Notes: a model not told the origin generated them from the letters alone. A DNA stretch of 39,232 nt from Mucilaginibacter sp. (GCF_036383575.1 NZ_DASVOB010000052.1:1-39232), one strand, 5' to 3'; counted from the stretch's first letter, positions 1 through 9,276 are shown. Made by a program: numbers and translations.

Positions 1-101
1 AAATCGTTTTTAAAAAAGGTAAAAACGGGAAGCCCCGGCCAGAGGCAACGACACTATTACTGCCGATAATATTTTCGGAAATCCATTTTGCTGTTCAAGG
101 C

Positions 102-1860
102 TCATAAGGGCTCGTTTAATGCGGCAGCTTGGCCGGCCAGAAAAAATATGGGTATATCGACGCTTAGACCGATGCTCAATCGTGATACTCCCCCGTCGTT
201 TACATTAACCTTGTCATTAGAGATCTGTCGCAGTTCCGGTGCATACTGATATCCCACCTTAACAGCAAGCGGGCTGTTCTTGATACCGATTACGCCATGT
301 ATACCAGGCGAAAAAATCTGGCCAAGCGTTATTTTATCGGGGATATCCGAACTTGTATTATTGAAACGATAGCTCAAAGCAGCCCCAATGTCGATCATGC
401 TCACAAAAATACTGTAGGAGCACAAGTCTCTTTGAGCAGAGCCGAAGTTAAGTGCAAATCCGACGGGCGATGTCACGCCAAAGGTGCCCGAACTGAATAA
501 CTTTACCCCGTTTTGTTTGCTATGCTCTGTACCTGCGTATATACCGGGATACGAAGCCAGGGTAAATGATACTTTTGACTTCCTTACTGCTTGATACGAC
601 TGTACCGGTGCAGCATAATTTTCGATGACCGTTTTAATGTCCGCAGCCGTTTTTGCCGCAACAACGTCATTAGCAAAAGCAAGTATATCTTTAAGCGTTT
701 TGATATATGGGGCTCCATTTTGTCCCAGGACATCAGTCGTAAATAGGATCGTTGCATTGGAAGCCTGTCCGAAATTGTCTGATTGTACCCCTTTTGCTAT
801 ATCTATAGCGTCCGCGGCGCTTTTGATGATGTCAGCGGCGCCGGCATTCGTATGGACATATTGAGGATCTATTACAGTAAAACTGAACTTTAGCAGGTCC
901 AGCATGGCGTCAGAGTTGCTCAAAAAGAAAGCTACAACAGCTTTAGCTTTATCGTCTGCCGGGCCTTGGGATCCATCCCATTATATTGCTTGATCCTCGC
1001 ATCGATCGTCTGGGCCAGCATGACGAAGTTGTAGATGTTATTTGTCAACTGTATGTTTTTAGGATCAGCAGCCAGGGATACAAAGGTGTCAGATACCTTA
1101 TTCGCTGTAAATAAAGGAGTATATTTTTCGTATAGTAAAGCAAAAAACAGCCTTACGATTTGAGGATTAAGTTGCGCCAGGTCAGTAACCGGCACCCAGC
1201 CAACAGCAGCTTTTGACTTCAATAAATTCTCCGAAAACATATTGAGGACATTCAAAACATACCTGCTGGTTAGATCGTGACCGGTTGTTGAATCATAAGG
1301 ATATTGCCCGGCCAGGCTATGTAAAACGACTGAATGGGTGACTTCCCTTTTCCGTTTGATTAATCAATTGGTAAAGGCTGCTTCCAGCTATAAAAAACTC
1401 CTTACTCCCATTTGGAAGCTGCGCATACTAGTACCGATATATAGGTAATAAAGTTATCAGGCAATTGCGCGAGATCTTTGGCAAAAGCGCCCTTGAATGT
1501 TGGCCCTAAACTCGGCAAGTTAAAAAGGTCGTTATCTTTAAAAGCCTCATAGGTGTTAGGTAGCAGGCTTGAAATTGCAGGGTTGCTGGCAAACGCCTTT
1601 TTAAGTTTATCCAGGTAAGCGATAGTAAGTTCCTGTTTAATTCTATCTGAAAGAAAATCTGCCAGGGCCTGTACAACTTTGGTTACATCTATACCGCCCG
1701 CTATGTCCAAAAAGCCATCGGGCCTGCCTCCTCCAGGCGCTTTGGGATCAATCAGGAAACTTACTTTCAAAAAAAGATTACTGCCGGTCCAGTTGGAGTA
1801 ATTCGTATAACCAGGGTAGTAATTTTTAACAATAACGGCAACCTGGCCATCGTCAATATC
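102..1860 (-). pseudogene. Large Bacteroidota hypothetical protein (helical N-part, C-terminal beta-strand/barrel-like region), 5'-truncated and frameshifted
   Basis: ORFs 1402..1917, 932..1255 and 102..923 join through frame changes near ~1430, ~1335 and ~965. The intervening frames read YAQLPNGSKEFFIAGSSLYQLINQTEKGSHP, SVVLHSLAGQYPYD and PADDKAKAVVAFFL. The C-terminus (IDIGAALSYRF...IFSPG...LSVDIPIF) has an alternating beta pattern. There is no genuine start; the 5' end abuts the lipocalin. Confidence 0.7.
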
Positions 1861-2348
1861 GAAAGGTATCGTTCCCGAACTTGGGCAGGCATGGATTTTC
1901 CCCTCGATAACAGCCACATGTATTTCAGGTTATTCCCAGCAATCAATGCATACAGGTACTCCGGGTCTATCGCAATTACGCTGTAACCAGCATAAAACGG
2001 TCCGAAAAACGAGACTTTCAGACGGGCCTCAGCGGGGTTGCCCACGAATTTCGCCTTACCTATGCTTTGCTTCCATTTCTTTGAATTCATATCGTATCCT
2101 TTATTATCGACACGGATCGTTTGATCATTAATCAACGAGTAGGTAGCAGTTACATGACTAAGGCCTTTTTCAAATTTAAAGTCCATACGTGCGATCTCAT
2201 ACCAGGAACCAAGATACTTTGATCGATCAAATGGTCTAACCGCTTTTGCGCCTTTAGGGATAGTAACGCAGGAACTCAGGTTGAGGGAGAGAACTGACGC
2301 TGCAGCTGCAATTCCTATGGTGATATATTTATAAGTATTTTTTATCAT
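1767..2348 (-). CDS. blc: Bacterial lipocalin (Blc-like lipoprotein) with aberrant C-terminus
   Basis: Lipobox LSSC, SCR1 motif YLGSWYEIAR, LKVSFFGPFYAGY, DPEYLYALIAG, WLLSR. After ERYLS the sequence loses lipocalin character. Confidence 0.85.
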   Translation of the reverse strand: MIKNTYKYITIGIAAAASVLSLNLSSCVTIPKGAKAVRPFDRSKYLGSWYEIARMDFKFEKGLSHVTATYSLINDQTIRVDNKGYDMNSKKWKQSIGKAKFVGNPAEARLKVSFFGPFYAGYSVIAIDPEYLYALIAGNNLKYMWLLSRGKSMPAQVRERYLSILTMARLPLLLKITTLVIRITPTGPAVIFF

Positions 2349-2492
2349 AAGCTCTTTGATTAAGAACAGATTTTATGCGAATGCCGGCAGATATGCAAAC
2401 AGGTAAGAAAGCTCCCCTGCAATCAGCATAATCCATACAGAAGTCTAACAGATCCTGACCTGACTGCATATTTCATTGTCGGTTGCTGGCTT

Positions 2493-3329
2493 TTATATCC
2501 AATTTAATTTGTGTTTTAGCAAAGTGTCGAACATCAGCATGATCTTGTGGCCGTTGGATACCCTGAACCGCTTGGAGAAAACGGTACAGGCACGCGCTAG
2601 CCGGATCTTTTCAAAAAGTTTGCGGTAGTATTGATAGGCCAGAAAAACGCCCCGGCGGGACGACCGGGGTAACGCCCTAATTCCCTGAAGCGCTTCTTTG
2701 AAGTCGTCTTCAATATCCTTTTCTATCTTTTTCTTATCAGTATCCGTAAAATTAGCCAGGTCAATCTCCGGAAAATAGCTTCTGTTTAGCTGCAGATAAT
2801 CGGCACCGATGTCCCTTAGAAAATTGATCTTCTGAAATGCGGCGCCGAGACGCATTGCTTTAGGTTTCAGTGCCTCGTACCTTCCCTGATCACCCTCAGT
2901 AAAAACATATAAACACATCAGGCCGACGACTTCTGCTGATCCCAGAATGTATTCCTGGTATTTTTGACTGTCGTATTGCTGATCATGCAGGTCCATTTCC
3001 ATACTATGCAAGAACTGTATGATCAGCTGGTGATCTATCCGGTATTTGCTGACGGTATCCTGGAAGGCGTTCAGGATCGGGTTCAGGCTAATGCCTTGTT
3101 TGATCGCGTCAAAACAATCGGTTTTAAACTGCGCCAATAATTCCTTTTTGTTATAGTTATGGAAACTGTCTACGATCTCGTCGGCAAGCCTTACGAAGCC
3201 ATAAATAGCATAAATCGGCTCATGCAGCTTTTTATCCAGGAAGCTGATTCCCATGGAAAAACTGGTACTGTAACGCCGGGTCGTCAGTTTACTGCATTCA
3301 GCGGAAAGGCGGTCAAATTTTTCTTTCAT
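2493..3329 (-). CDS. crtB: Phytoene synthase
   Basis: YSTSF, RLADEIVD and NFLRD aspartate-rich motifs; ATGA overlap with crtI. Confidence 0.95.
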   Translation of the reverse strand: MKEKFDRLSAECSKLTTRRYSTSFSMGISFLDKKLHEPIYAIYGFVRLADEIVDSFHNYNKKELLAQFKTDCFDAIKQGISLNPILNAFQDTVSKYRIDHQLIIQFLHSMEMDLHDQQYDSQKYQEYILGSAEVVGLMCLYVFTEGDQGRYEALKPKAMRLGAAFQKINFLRDIGADYLQLNRSYFPEIDLANFTDTDKKKIEKDIEDDFKEALQGIRALPRSSRRGVFLAYQYYRKLFEKIRLARACTVFSKRFRVSNGHKIMLMFDTLLKHKLNWI

Positions 3330-4816
3330 AGGTCAGTTTCCAGATAGTTTCTAAGCTGATCGGCAGCGACATTCCCGGAAATAACAGCGGGCGGCACGCC
3401 GGGTCCAGGAACGGTAAGATGGCCGGCAAAGAAAAGATTGCCAAGCTTGTTGTTCCTCACTGAAGGTTTAAGTATCGCTGTCTGCTTCAGGGTATTTGCC
3501 AGACCGTAGGCGTTTCCGCCAAACGAGTTATAATCAGAGATAAAGTCATTTACGCAGTAGCTTTGCTGGTAATCAATATGTGTCCTGATGTCCTGCCCGC
3601 AATATTTTTCCAGTCGCCCCATGATCTGTTCAAAATAGCGTTGCCGTAATTCGTCCGTATCTTCCAGGTCTGCGGCCAGTGGCATCAGTATAAAAATATT
3701 TTCGTGGCCCTCCGGCGCCACAGCCGGATCAGTTTTTGAAGGACAGCATACGTAGAACAAAGGTTTTGAAGGCCATTTCGGTTCTTTATAGATCTCCCGG
3801 CCGTGTGCTTCCATCGATTCATCGAAAAAAAGATTGTGGTGCATTAAGCGGCTTATTTCTTTCCTGACACCGATATAAAAAATAAGTGCAGACGGTGCCA
3901 TGACCCGTTTTTTCCAGTATGCGGGCGTATAATTCCGGTACTGCGCCGGTAAGAGTTGCTGATCGATATGATGATAGTCTGCGGCCCCGATGACCCCGTC
4001 CACTGCGTACCGGTTACGGGTCGTGATCACCATACTGATTTTATGTTTATGAAACTCAAATCCGTCAACTGCCTCATTTGTATAAAAACGAACGCCTTCG
4101 CGCGCTGCAACTGTTTTCATCGCATCGATCACTTTGCCAAAGCCGCCCTGCGGGTACCAGGTGCCCGTTGCAAGGCCGGCATAATTCATTAGACTGTACA
4201 AGGCCGGGGTGTCCGCCGCCATCGCGCCGAGAAACAGTGCCGGGAATTCCATCAGGGCGCGCAGATGCGGATGACGGAAATGCTTTTGCACATGCCTGCT
4301 CAGGGAGGTGAATACCTGTAGCCGGAATATCCCTCTTACCAGTTCGGCGTCGGCAAATTCAAGAAGGGAAAGGCCCGGTTTATAAACCAATTTATGCACA
4401 CCGGTACGATATTTATAGGCGGCCTCCTGAAGAAAATGGTCTAATTGTTCAGCTGCACCTCCTTCCATGTTTTCGAACATGCGCGATATAGCAGCAATTG
4501 AGGCCGGCACCTGCAATTGATCTTCTTTTCCAAAGATGATGGCGTACTGTGGATCTAGTCGCGTTAAATGATAAAAATCAGCGGGCTTACTGTCAAAATC
4601 TTTGAAAAAGCGTTCAAACACATCCGGCATCCAATACCAGCTTGGTCCCATATCGAACACATAGCCGTTAGCGGTTAGAATCTGCCGTGCACGTCCGCCG
4701 ATGTCCGTATTTTTTTCAAATAAGCTGACCTGATAACCGGCTTTTGCCAGGTAGGCCGCGGCGCTTAAGCCGGCAAAACCGGCGCCGATGACAGCGATAT
4801 GTTTGTTACGGCACAT
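3326..4816 (-). CDS. crtI: Phytoene desaturase (CrtI family)
   Basis: N-terminal GAGFAG FAD motif, FDMGPSWYWMPD, C-terminal PGPGVPP. Confidence 0.95.
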   Translation of the reverse strand: MCRNKHIAVIGAGFAGLSAAAYLAKAGYQVSLFEKNTDIGGRARQILTANGYVFDMGPSWYWMPDVFERFFKDFDSKPADFYHLTRLDPQYAIIFGKEDQLQVPASIAAISRMFENMEGGAAEQLDHFLQEAAYKYRTGVHKLVYKPGLSLLEFADAELVRGIFRLQVFTSLSRHVQKHFRHPHLRALMEFPALFLGAMAADTPALYSLMNYAGLATGTWYPQGGFGKVIDAMKTVAAREGVRFYTNEAVDGFEFHKHKISMVITTRNRYAVDGVIGAADYHHIDQQLLPAQYRNYTPAYWKKRVMAPSALIFYIGVRKEISRLMHHNLFFDESMEAHGREIYKEPKWPSKPLFYVCCPSKTDPAVAPEGHENIFILMPLAADLEDTDELRQRYFEQIMGRLEKYCGQDIRTHIDYQQSYCVNDFISDYNSFGGNAYGLANTLKQTAILKPSVRNNKLGNLFFAGHLTVPGPGVPPAVISGNVAADQLRNYLETDL

Positions 4817-5716
4817 TTATCCCTTGTTATTTTCGTTGATGATGCCCTCAAAATCCGGCAGTGTCTCCAGCCAGCAAACCTGTTCAGGAAGCCGTATATC
4901 GCTGATCACCCTTTTGTTGCCCGACAGATATATTTTGATACCAGGGAAACTGGCTACCAGTTTATCGATGTAGGCCTGGGCGTCTGCAACAGGCCGCAGT
5001 CGGGTCATAAAAAAAAGCAGCTGTTTAGGCTGCGTACCGGCAATAGTTTTACCTAAAGCCTGAAAAGGCACTCTCGGGCCAAGATAAGTTACCTTGTGGC
5101 CAGCGGTACGGAGCAGATAGCTGGCCAGCAGGAGCCCCATATCATGATCCTCATCTTCGGGCAAAAACAGCAGCCAGCTACTGCCCGCGACGGCCTGCCC
5201 GGTGATACACCTATCGATCTCGGCAAAAAGCTTTTGACGGATAATAGCCGAAAGAAAGTGTTCCTGCGCAGGGCAAAGGGATTCACCAAGCCACATCAGA
5301 CCGACACGCACGAGCATCGGGTAGATGACAGACTTATAAGTTTCCAAAACTCCATTGTGCTTAAATGATTCGGCAATCAGATCATTTACAGCGGATTCAT
5401 CGAATATCAAAGCGCTATCAATGATCCGGGAAATAAAGTAAGCATGTTTTTGTTCCGGTGGTATTGTGTCTTTAATTTCCTCACGGAGCAAGACTTGCAT
5501 TTCTTCACTGCTTAGCCTGCAGGCTTTGGATATTTTGTAACCCGTATGGTAAAGGCCGGTAATGCCCAGCAATTTTTTTAGCTGGTCATCGTCATAGTAA
5601 CGCACATTTCCGGAAGTTCTCGACGGCGTAAGTGCTGCATACCTGCGCTCCCAGATGCGGATGTTATGTACAGAAACACCGGACAACTGCTCAAGATCGG
5701 AAATGGAATAAGTCAT
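4817..5716 (-). CDS. MerR-family HTH, B12-binding transcriptional regulator (CarH/LitR-like)
   Basis: MerR HTH (IRIWERRY...RYY), W-x9-EH (WLGESLCPAQEH), ExHxxG (EDHDMG) and YLG; directly upstream of crtI. Confidence 0.9.
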   Translation of the reverse strand: MTYSISDLEQLSGVSVHNIRIWERRYAALTPSRTSGNVRYYDDDQLKKLLGITGLYHTGYKISKACRLSSEEMQVLLREEIKDTIPPEQKHAYFISRIIDSALIFDESAVNDLIAESFKHNGVLETYKSVIYPMLVRVGLMWLGESLCPAQEHFLSAIIRQKLFAEIDRCITGQAVAGSSWLLFLPEDEDHDMGLLLASYLLRTAGHKVTYLGPRVPFQALGKTIAGTQPKQLLFFMTRLRPVADAQAYIDKLVASFPGIKIYLSGNKRVISDIRLPEQVCWLETLPDFEGIINENNKG

Positions 5717-5751
5717 TTTGTCTAAATTTTAACAAAACAAACTTAGACAAA
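5717..5751. promoter_or_regulatory. Inverted repeat, candidate CarH/LitR operator
   Basis: TTTGTCTAA-N17-TTAGACAAA immediately before the regulator's ATG. Confidence 0.55.
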
Positions 5752-5789
5752 TATTCAATAATCAGGAAATTTATTGCGTAAATATCGCA

Positions 5790-6026
5790 TTAGTCGGTTC
5801 GCCCTGCTCCGGAGACTTTGGACGGGCCAAACAGCATGCTGTACCGCTTTGGATAGTTGCTCTTCAGAAATCTTATTATTTGTGTTCTAAGATCGGGCAA
5901 CACTTTCCTCAGCCTGCGGGCGAGGATATCGAACAGCGGTAAAATGCCCTAAATCAAAATGGCTATTTTCAACCATTCCGGAGACAAAAAAACGCCTTCC
6001 GGGGCCGCTGCGAGCAATGATTCCGG
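5790..6026 (-). pseudogene. Possible decayed gene 3' fragment
   Basis: Frame reads PESLLAAAPEGVFLSPEWLKIAILI*GILPLFDILARRLRKVLPDLRTQIIRFLKSNYPKRYSMLFG with an internal TAG at 5949-5951; no start found. Confidence 0.3.
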
Positions 6027-6331
6027 CTATTATTCCTGCCCGCAGGTTTGCCTTCAATCGCACGAAATTGATTGGAGCCGTTCGATTTCTTGGCTGCTTC
6101 TACTTTTGCCGCGGCAGTACCTTCCTTTTCGCTTTGTAATTTAACTCGTCTGGATGCTTCGAAACGGAATTATTTTCGACTTTTCCACCCTTTTTTTCCG
6201 GCTATTCCGGTTTCAGGACGCCCTTGCCCGAATAAAAAAATGAATACAAGTTACCTTAACAAGGATTTAAATTTCGTTTTGTCCCAAAGTCGTCTTTCAG
6301 ATCGTTAATTTTTCTTACAAAGGGCAATCTA

Positions 6332-6535
6332 TCAGATTTGCTGTTCCAGTAAGAAACTCCTGAAATCCAGATCAATCCAGGAAATCAGCAACAAGGAACA
6401 ATATGGGCACAAGTAAATCAAACCTGTAGTTGATTCCGGATAGGAAATTGTCAGCGTTAGCACGGCGTTATAATGATAGATGGATACGCTGTAGTTAATA
6501 TCGAAGCAGTAATAATTCACCCTCACACTTTTCAT
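6332..6535 (-). CDS. Small hypothetical protein (uncertain)
   Basis: 67-aa ATG ORF, supported only by a sigma-54-like motif ~28 nt upstream. Confidence 0.3.
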   Translation of the reverse strand: MKSVRVNYYCFDINYSVSIYHYNAVLTLTISYPESTTGLIYLCPYCSLLLISWIDLDFRSFLLEQQI

Positions 6536-6562
6536 ATCACGATGTTAGTATATTGCTTCATT

Positions 6563-6578
6563 ACCAACATAATGCCAA
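6563..6578 (-). promoter_or_regulatory. Sigma-54-like -24/-12 motif
   Basis: TTGGCATTATGTTGGT, near-identical to the motif upstream of the PA2169 gene. Confidence 0.45.
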
Positions 6579-6690
6579 AGCGCCGGGGTTCCTATGCTGA
6601 CGATGAATTATAAAAATATTTTAAAGTTCGAACGTTTGATGTCAGCAATTATCAAATTATAAAGAGATAGATTTTCATTGAGATCTGCCA

Positions 6691-7029
6691 TTAGACGCTC
6701 CCCTTTGATTTCCGTAGTTCCTCGAACAATTCAATCACTTTTTTTTGCAGGTCGATTATTTCGGATTCCCTGCCGAGCAATTTCTTATTGAACACTTCCA
6801 AATCGGTTGCAGACGGTTCCTGAGAACTTTCATGCAAAGAAACCAGTTTTACTGCCGACATCCCGAATATAAATGCAATCTGTTCCAGCCTTGAAACATT
6901 GATGTCAGTCATCCCTGTTTCGATCTTTGAAAATGCTGGGATTGAAATACCAAGGCGTTGGGCCACGTCCCCCTGGTTCCAGTTATTTTGCCGGCGTAGT
7001 GTACGAATATTGTGCCCAAGTGTCTTCAT
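6691..7029 (-). CDS. XRE-family helix-turn-helix regulator
   Basis: MKTLGHNIRTLRRQNNWNQGDVAQRLGISIPAFSKIETG HTH_3 pattern plus C-terminal coiled coil; ATG at 7029 preferred to TTG at 7035. Confidence 0.9.
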   Translation of the reverse strand: MKTLGHNIRTLRRQNNWNQGDVAQRLGISIPAFSKIETGMTDINVSRLEQIAFIFGMSAVKLVSLHESSQEPSATDLEVFNKKLLGRESEIIDLQKKVIELFEELRKSKGSV

Positions 7030-7244
7030 TATCAAGCAATTTCCTTTTGGTTAAATTATTTTTAAATATACTTAAACAAATTATCAATAACTGAATAAAC
7101 CGCTATTTGGGCTGTATTCAATTTAAACAGACAATAAAAACACTAATTATTTCTAAATTAAATTAACCTTAAATATAATTTGGTTTAAAGATTGCTGTCA
7201 ATTATAGAGCTCATCAAAAATTTCTGTATTGAAAAAGGTTAAAT

Positions 7245-8015
7245 ATGGTGTTAAAAATATACTTTAATTCACGGCTTGCGAAAAGCCATATTCAGGATAG
7301 TCCGGCAAAAAGGTTCCAGGTTATTAAGATGTTCCTGGGAACGCCCGAAGACAAAGCACATCCGACAGCATCCGGTGGAGGTCCATCCCGCTTGAAACTT
7401 GCCTATTTAAGGCCGGCTTATCAACCAAACGGGGCTGCCCTTCTGCTAAAAAGGTCTTTTGATATTGTTTTTTCATTGACCATCATCATCTTTGGTGCAC
7501 CTGTTTTCCTCGCCTTGTTTTTGATTACGTGGTTTTCGTCGCCGGGCCCGGTTTTCTATACCCAGGAGCGTGTTGGCCGCCATCAGCGCACATTCAAGAT
7601 TTATAAGTTTCGAAGCATGCGGGTAAACGCAGAACAGGGCATCCCCCAGTTATCAAGTGCCAATGATCCAAGAGTTACCCGTTGGGGCAGGATTATACGC
7701 CGTACCCGCCTGGACGAACTTCCGCAATTCTGGAATGTGATTAAAGGAGATATGTCAATTGTAGGGCCGCGCCCGGAACGTGCCTATTTTATTCAACAGA
7801 TTTTAAATAACCGTCCCGACTATCACAAGCTTCATTCGGTCAGACCCGGAATCACCTCTTACGGCCAGGTAAAATTTGGCTATGCTGAAGACGTAGAGCA
7901 AATGTGTACACGTATGGAATATGATTTAGATTATTTACATCGCATGTCATTTTACACTGATGTCAGGCTGATTCTAAAAACCGTGAAGGTAATGGTCATG
8001 TGCAAAGGCAAATAA
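7245..8015 (+). CDS. Polyprenyl-phosphate sugar-phosphotransferase (Bac_transf, WcaJ/WbaP C-terminal type)
   Basis: KRSFDI + TM helix, KFRSM, DPRVT, RRTRLDELPQFWNVIKGDMSIVGPRPE, RPGIT. True start may be downstream. Confidence 0.92.
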   Translation: MVLKIYFNSRLAKSHIQDSPAKRFQVIKMFLGTPEDKAHPTASGGGPSRLKLAYLRPAYQPNGAALLLKRSFDIVFSLTIIIFGAPVFLALFLITWFSSPGPVFYTQERVGRHQRTFKIYKFRSMRVNAEQGIPQLSSANDPRVTRWGRIIRRTRLDELPQFWNVIKGDMSIVGPRPERAYFIQQILNNRPDYHKLHSVRPGITSYGQVKFGYAEDVEQMCTRMEYDLDYLHRMSFYTDVRLILKTVKVMVMCKGK

Positions 8016-8160
8016 AACGGCTCCGATCGAAAAACAGATTCGCATAGCGGGAAAATTTACAGTTTGATTTCCGATTGACCCTTCGGGGGCGTTACCGCAT
8101 GCCACACGTGGTCGCCGTTTATCAGCTACGCCCTGATGAAAAGCGGGCAAATGGTTATAA

Positions 8161-8415
8161 ACTGTTGGAGTCAGAGAAATTACGGAAGGCGGAACAGTAT
8201 ATATTCATTGCCGCCAGGGATCGGGCCGGGGACCGACAATGGCCATTGCATACCTGATTAGTACCGGTTTGACCTACGAGGATGCTTTTTCCCTGGTTAA
8301 AAAGGTCCGTACATTTATTAATCTATGTCCCGGACAGCTAGTCCGGTTGAAATAACTGGAGTTATATTTTAATGGGCAGCTACTATCGGTCAGCCTGGAA
8401 AAGAAACAGAGCTGA
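8161..8415 (+). pseudogene. Dual-specificity/tyrosine protein phosphatase remnant
   Basis: Frame reads EGGTVYIHCRQGSGRGPTMAIAYLISTGLTYEDAFSLVKKVRTFINLCPGQLVRLK*LELYF. It contains the HCxxGxxR P-loop, lacks the N-terminus and has an internal TAA at 8353. Confidence 0.8.
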
Positions 8416-8618
8416 GCTCCATCCCAAATACTATGGCCTACTGTACCAGACTGATGCCGCCCGTATGCTCAACAGGCCACCCACATGAACCCTTACCGCA
8501 CCAGGTATCTTTAATTAAAACAAATGCTTTATTAAGTACGGTTCTTCACCGAACTGTCGCCGTTTCAAGGGCCGCGTTACTGAAACAGGGAATATTCCCG
8601 TCGAAAAGCACCACCGCA

Positions 8619-8679
8619 GCGAAATTTTGACATTGGGATGCTGTAAATTTTTCATCAAAACTGAAATTTTTGCAGCATC
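8619..8679. promoter_or_regulatory. Three tandem 15-bp imperfect palindromic boxes upstream of hsp20
   Basis: GCGAAATTTTGACAT (8619), CTGTAAATTTTTCAT (8641), CTGAAATTTTTGCAG (8661); 8637-8679 also forms an imperfect inverted repeat. Confidence 0.5.
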
Positions 8680-8696
8680 GAACGCGGTTTTCGTAA

Positions 8697-8713
8697 TTGG
8701 CATACGGCTTGAT
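8697..8713 (+). promoter_or_regulatory. Sigma-54-like -24/-12 promoter
   Basis: TTGGCATACGGCTTGAT versus consensus YTGGCACGNNNNTTGCW, with correct spacing. Confidence 0.6.
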
Positions 8714-8780
8714 CTCCCATGACCAGTTTAATTAACATTATAAGTTTCAAATCATTAATTTATTAAGGAGGAAAAGACCT

Positions 8781-9221
8781 ATGACATTGGTTAAATTCAA
8801 TCCCGCTAAAAACAGTAGTTCATTAATGCCAGGCTTTAATGACGTATTTGATTCCTTTTTCAATGACACTTTCTTTAACGACCGCCTGACCAGTCGTGTT
8901 CCTGCGGCCAACATCAGTGAAACCGAAGACCATTATCATGTGGAACTGGCTGCACCCGGCCTGAAAAAGGAAGACTTCAAACTGAACCTTGACCGCAACG
9001 TGCTTAATGTTTCGGTAGAGCAGCAAAGCGAAAACAACGGCAATCAGAAGAACTATAGCAAACGCGAATACAGCTACAGTTCATGGGTTCGTTCATTCAC
9101 TCTTCCGGAAAGTGCAAACGCGGAAAGCATCGAAGCGGCCTACACCGACGGCGTGCTGAAGATCGATATCGCAAAACGCGAGGAAGCAAAAATAGTGCGC
9201 CGCCAGATTGAGATTAAATAA
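8781..9221 (+). CDS. Small heat-shock protein Hsp20/alpha-crystallin
   Basis: PAANISET...ELAAPGLKKEDF...REYSYSSWVRSFTLP...AAYTDGVLKI; AAGGAGG upstream. Confidence 0.96.
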   Translation: MTLVKFNPAKNSSSLMPGFNDVFDSFFNDTFFNDRLTSRVPAANISETEDHYHVELAAPGLKKEDFKLNLDRNVLNVSVEQQSENNGNQKNYSKREYSYSSWVRSFTLPESANAESIEAAYTDGVLKIDIAKREEAKIVRRQIEIK

Positions 9222-9244
9222 CCCTGCTGACTGCAAAAAACCAC

Positions 9245-9272
9245 ACGGCCCCAAAGCGGGGCCGTTATTATT
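9245..9272 (+). terminator. Intrinsic terminator-like hairpin after hsp20
   Basis: ACGGCCCC-AAAGC-GGGGCCGT followed by TATTATT (weak U-tract). Confidence 0.6.
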
Positions 9273-9276
9273 CATC

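Noticed and set aside
8433-8703. Short ORFs upstream of hsp20
   Set aside because: They overlap the regulatory boxes and have no protein-like features.
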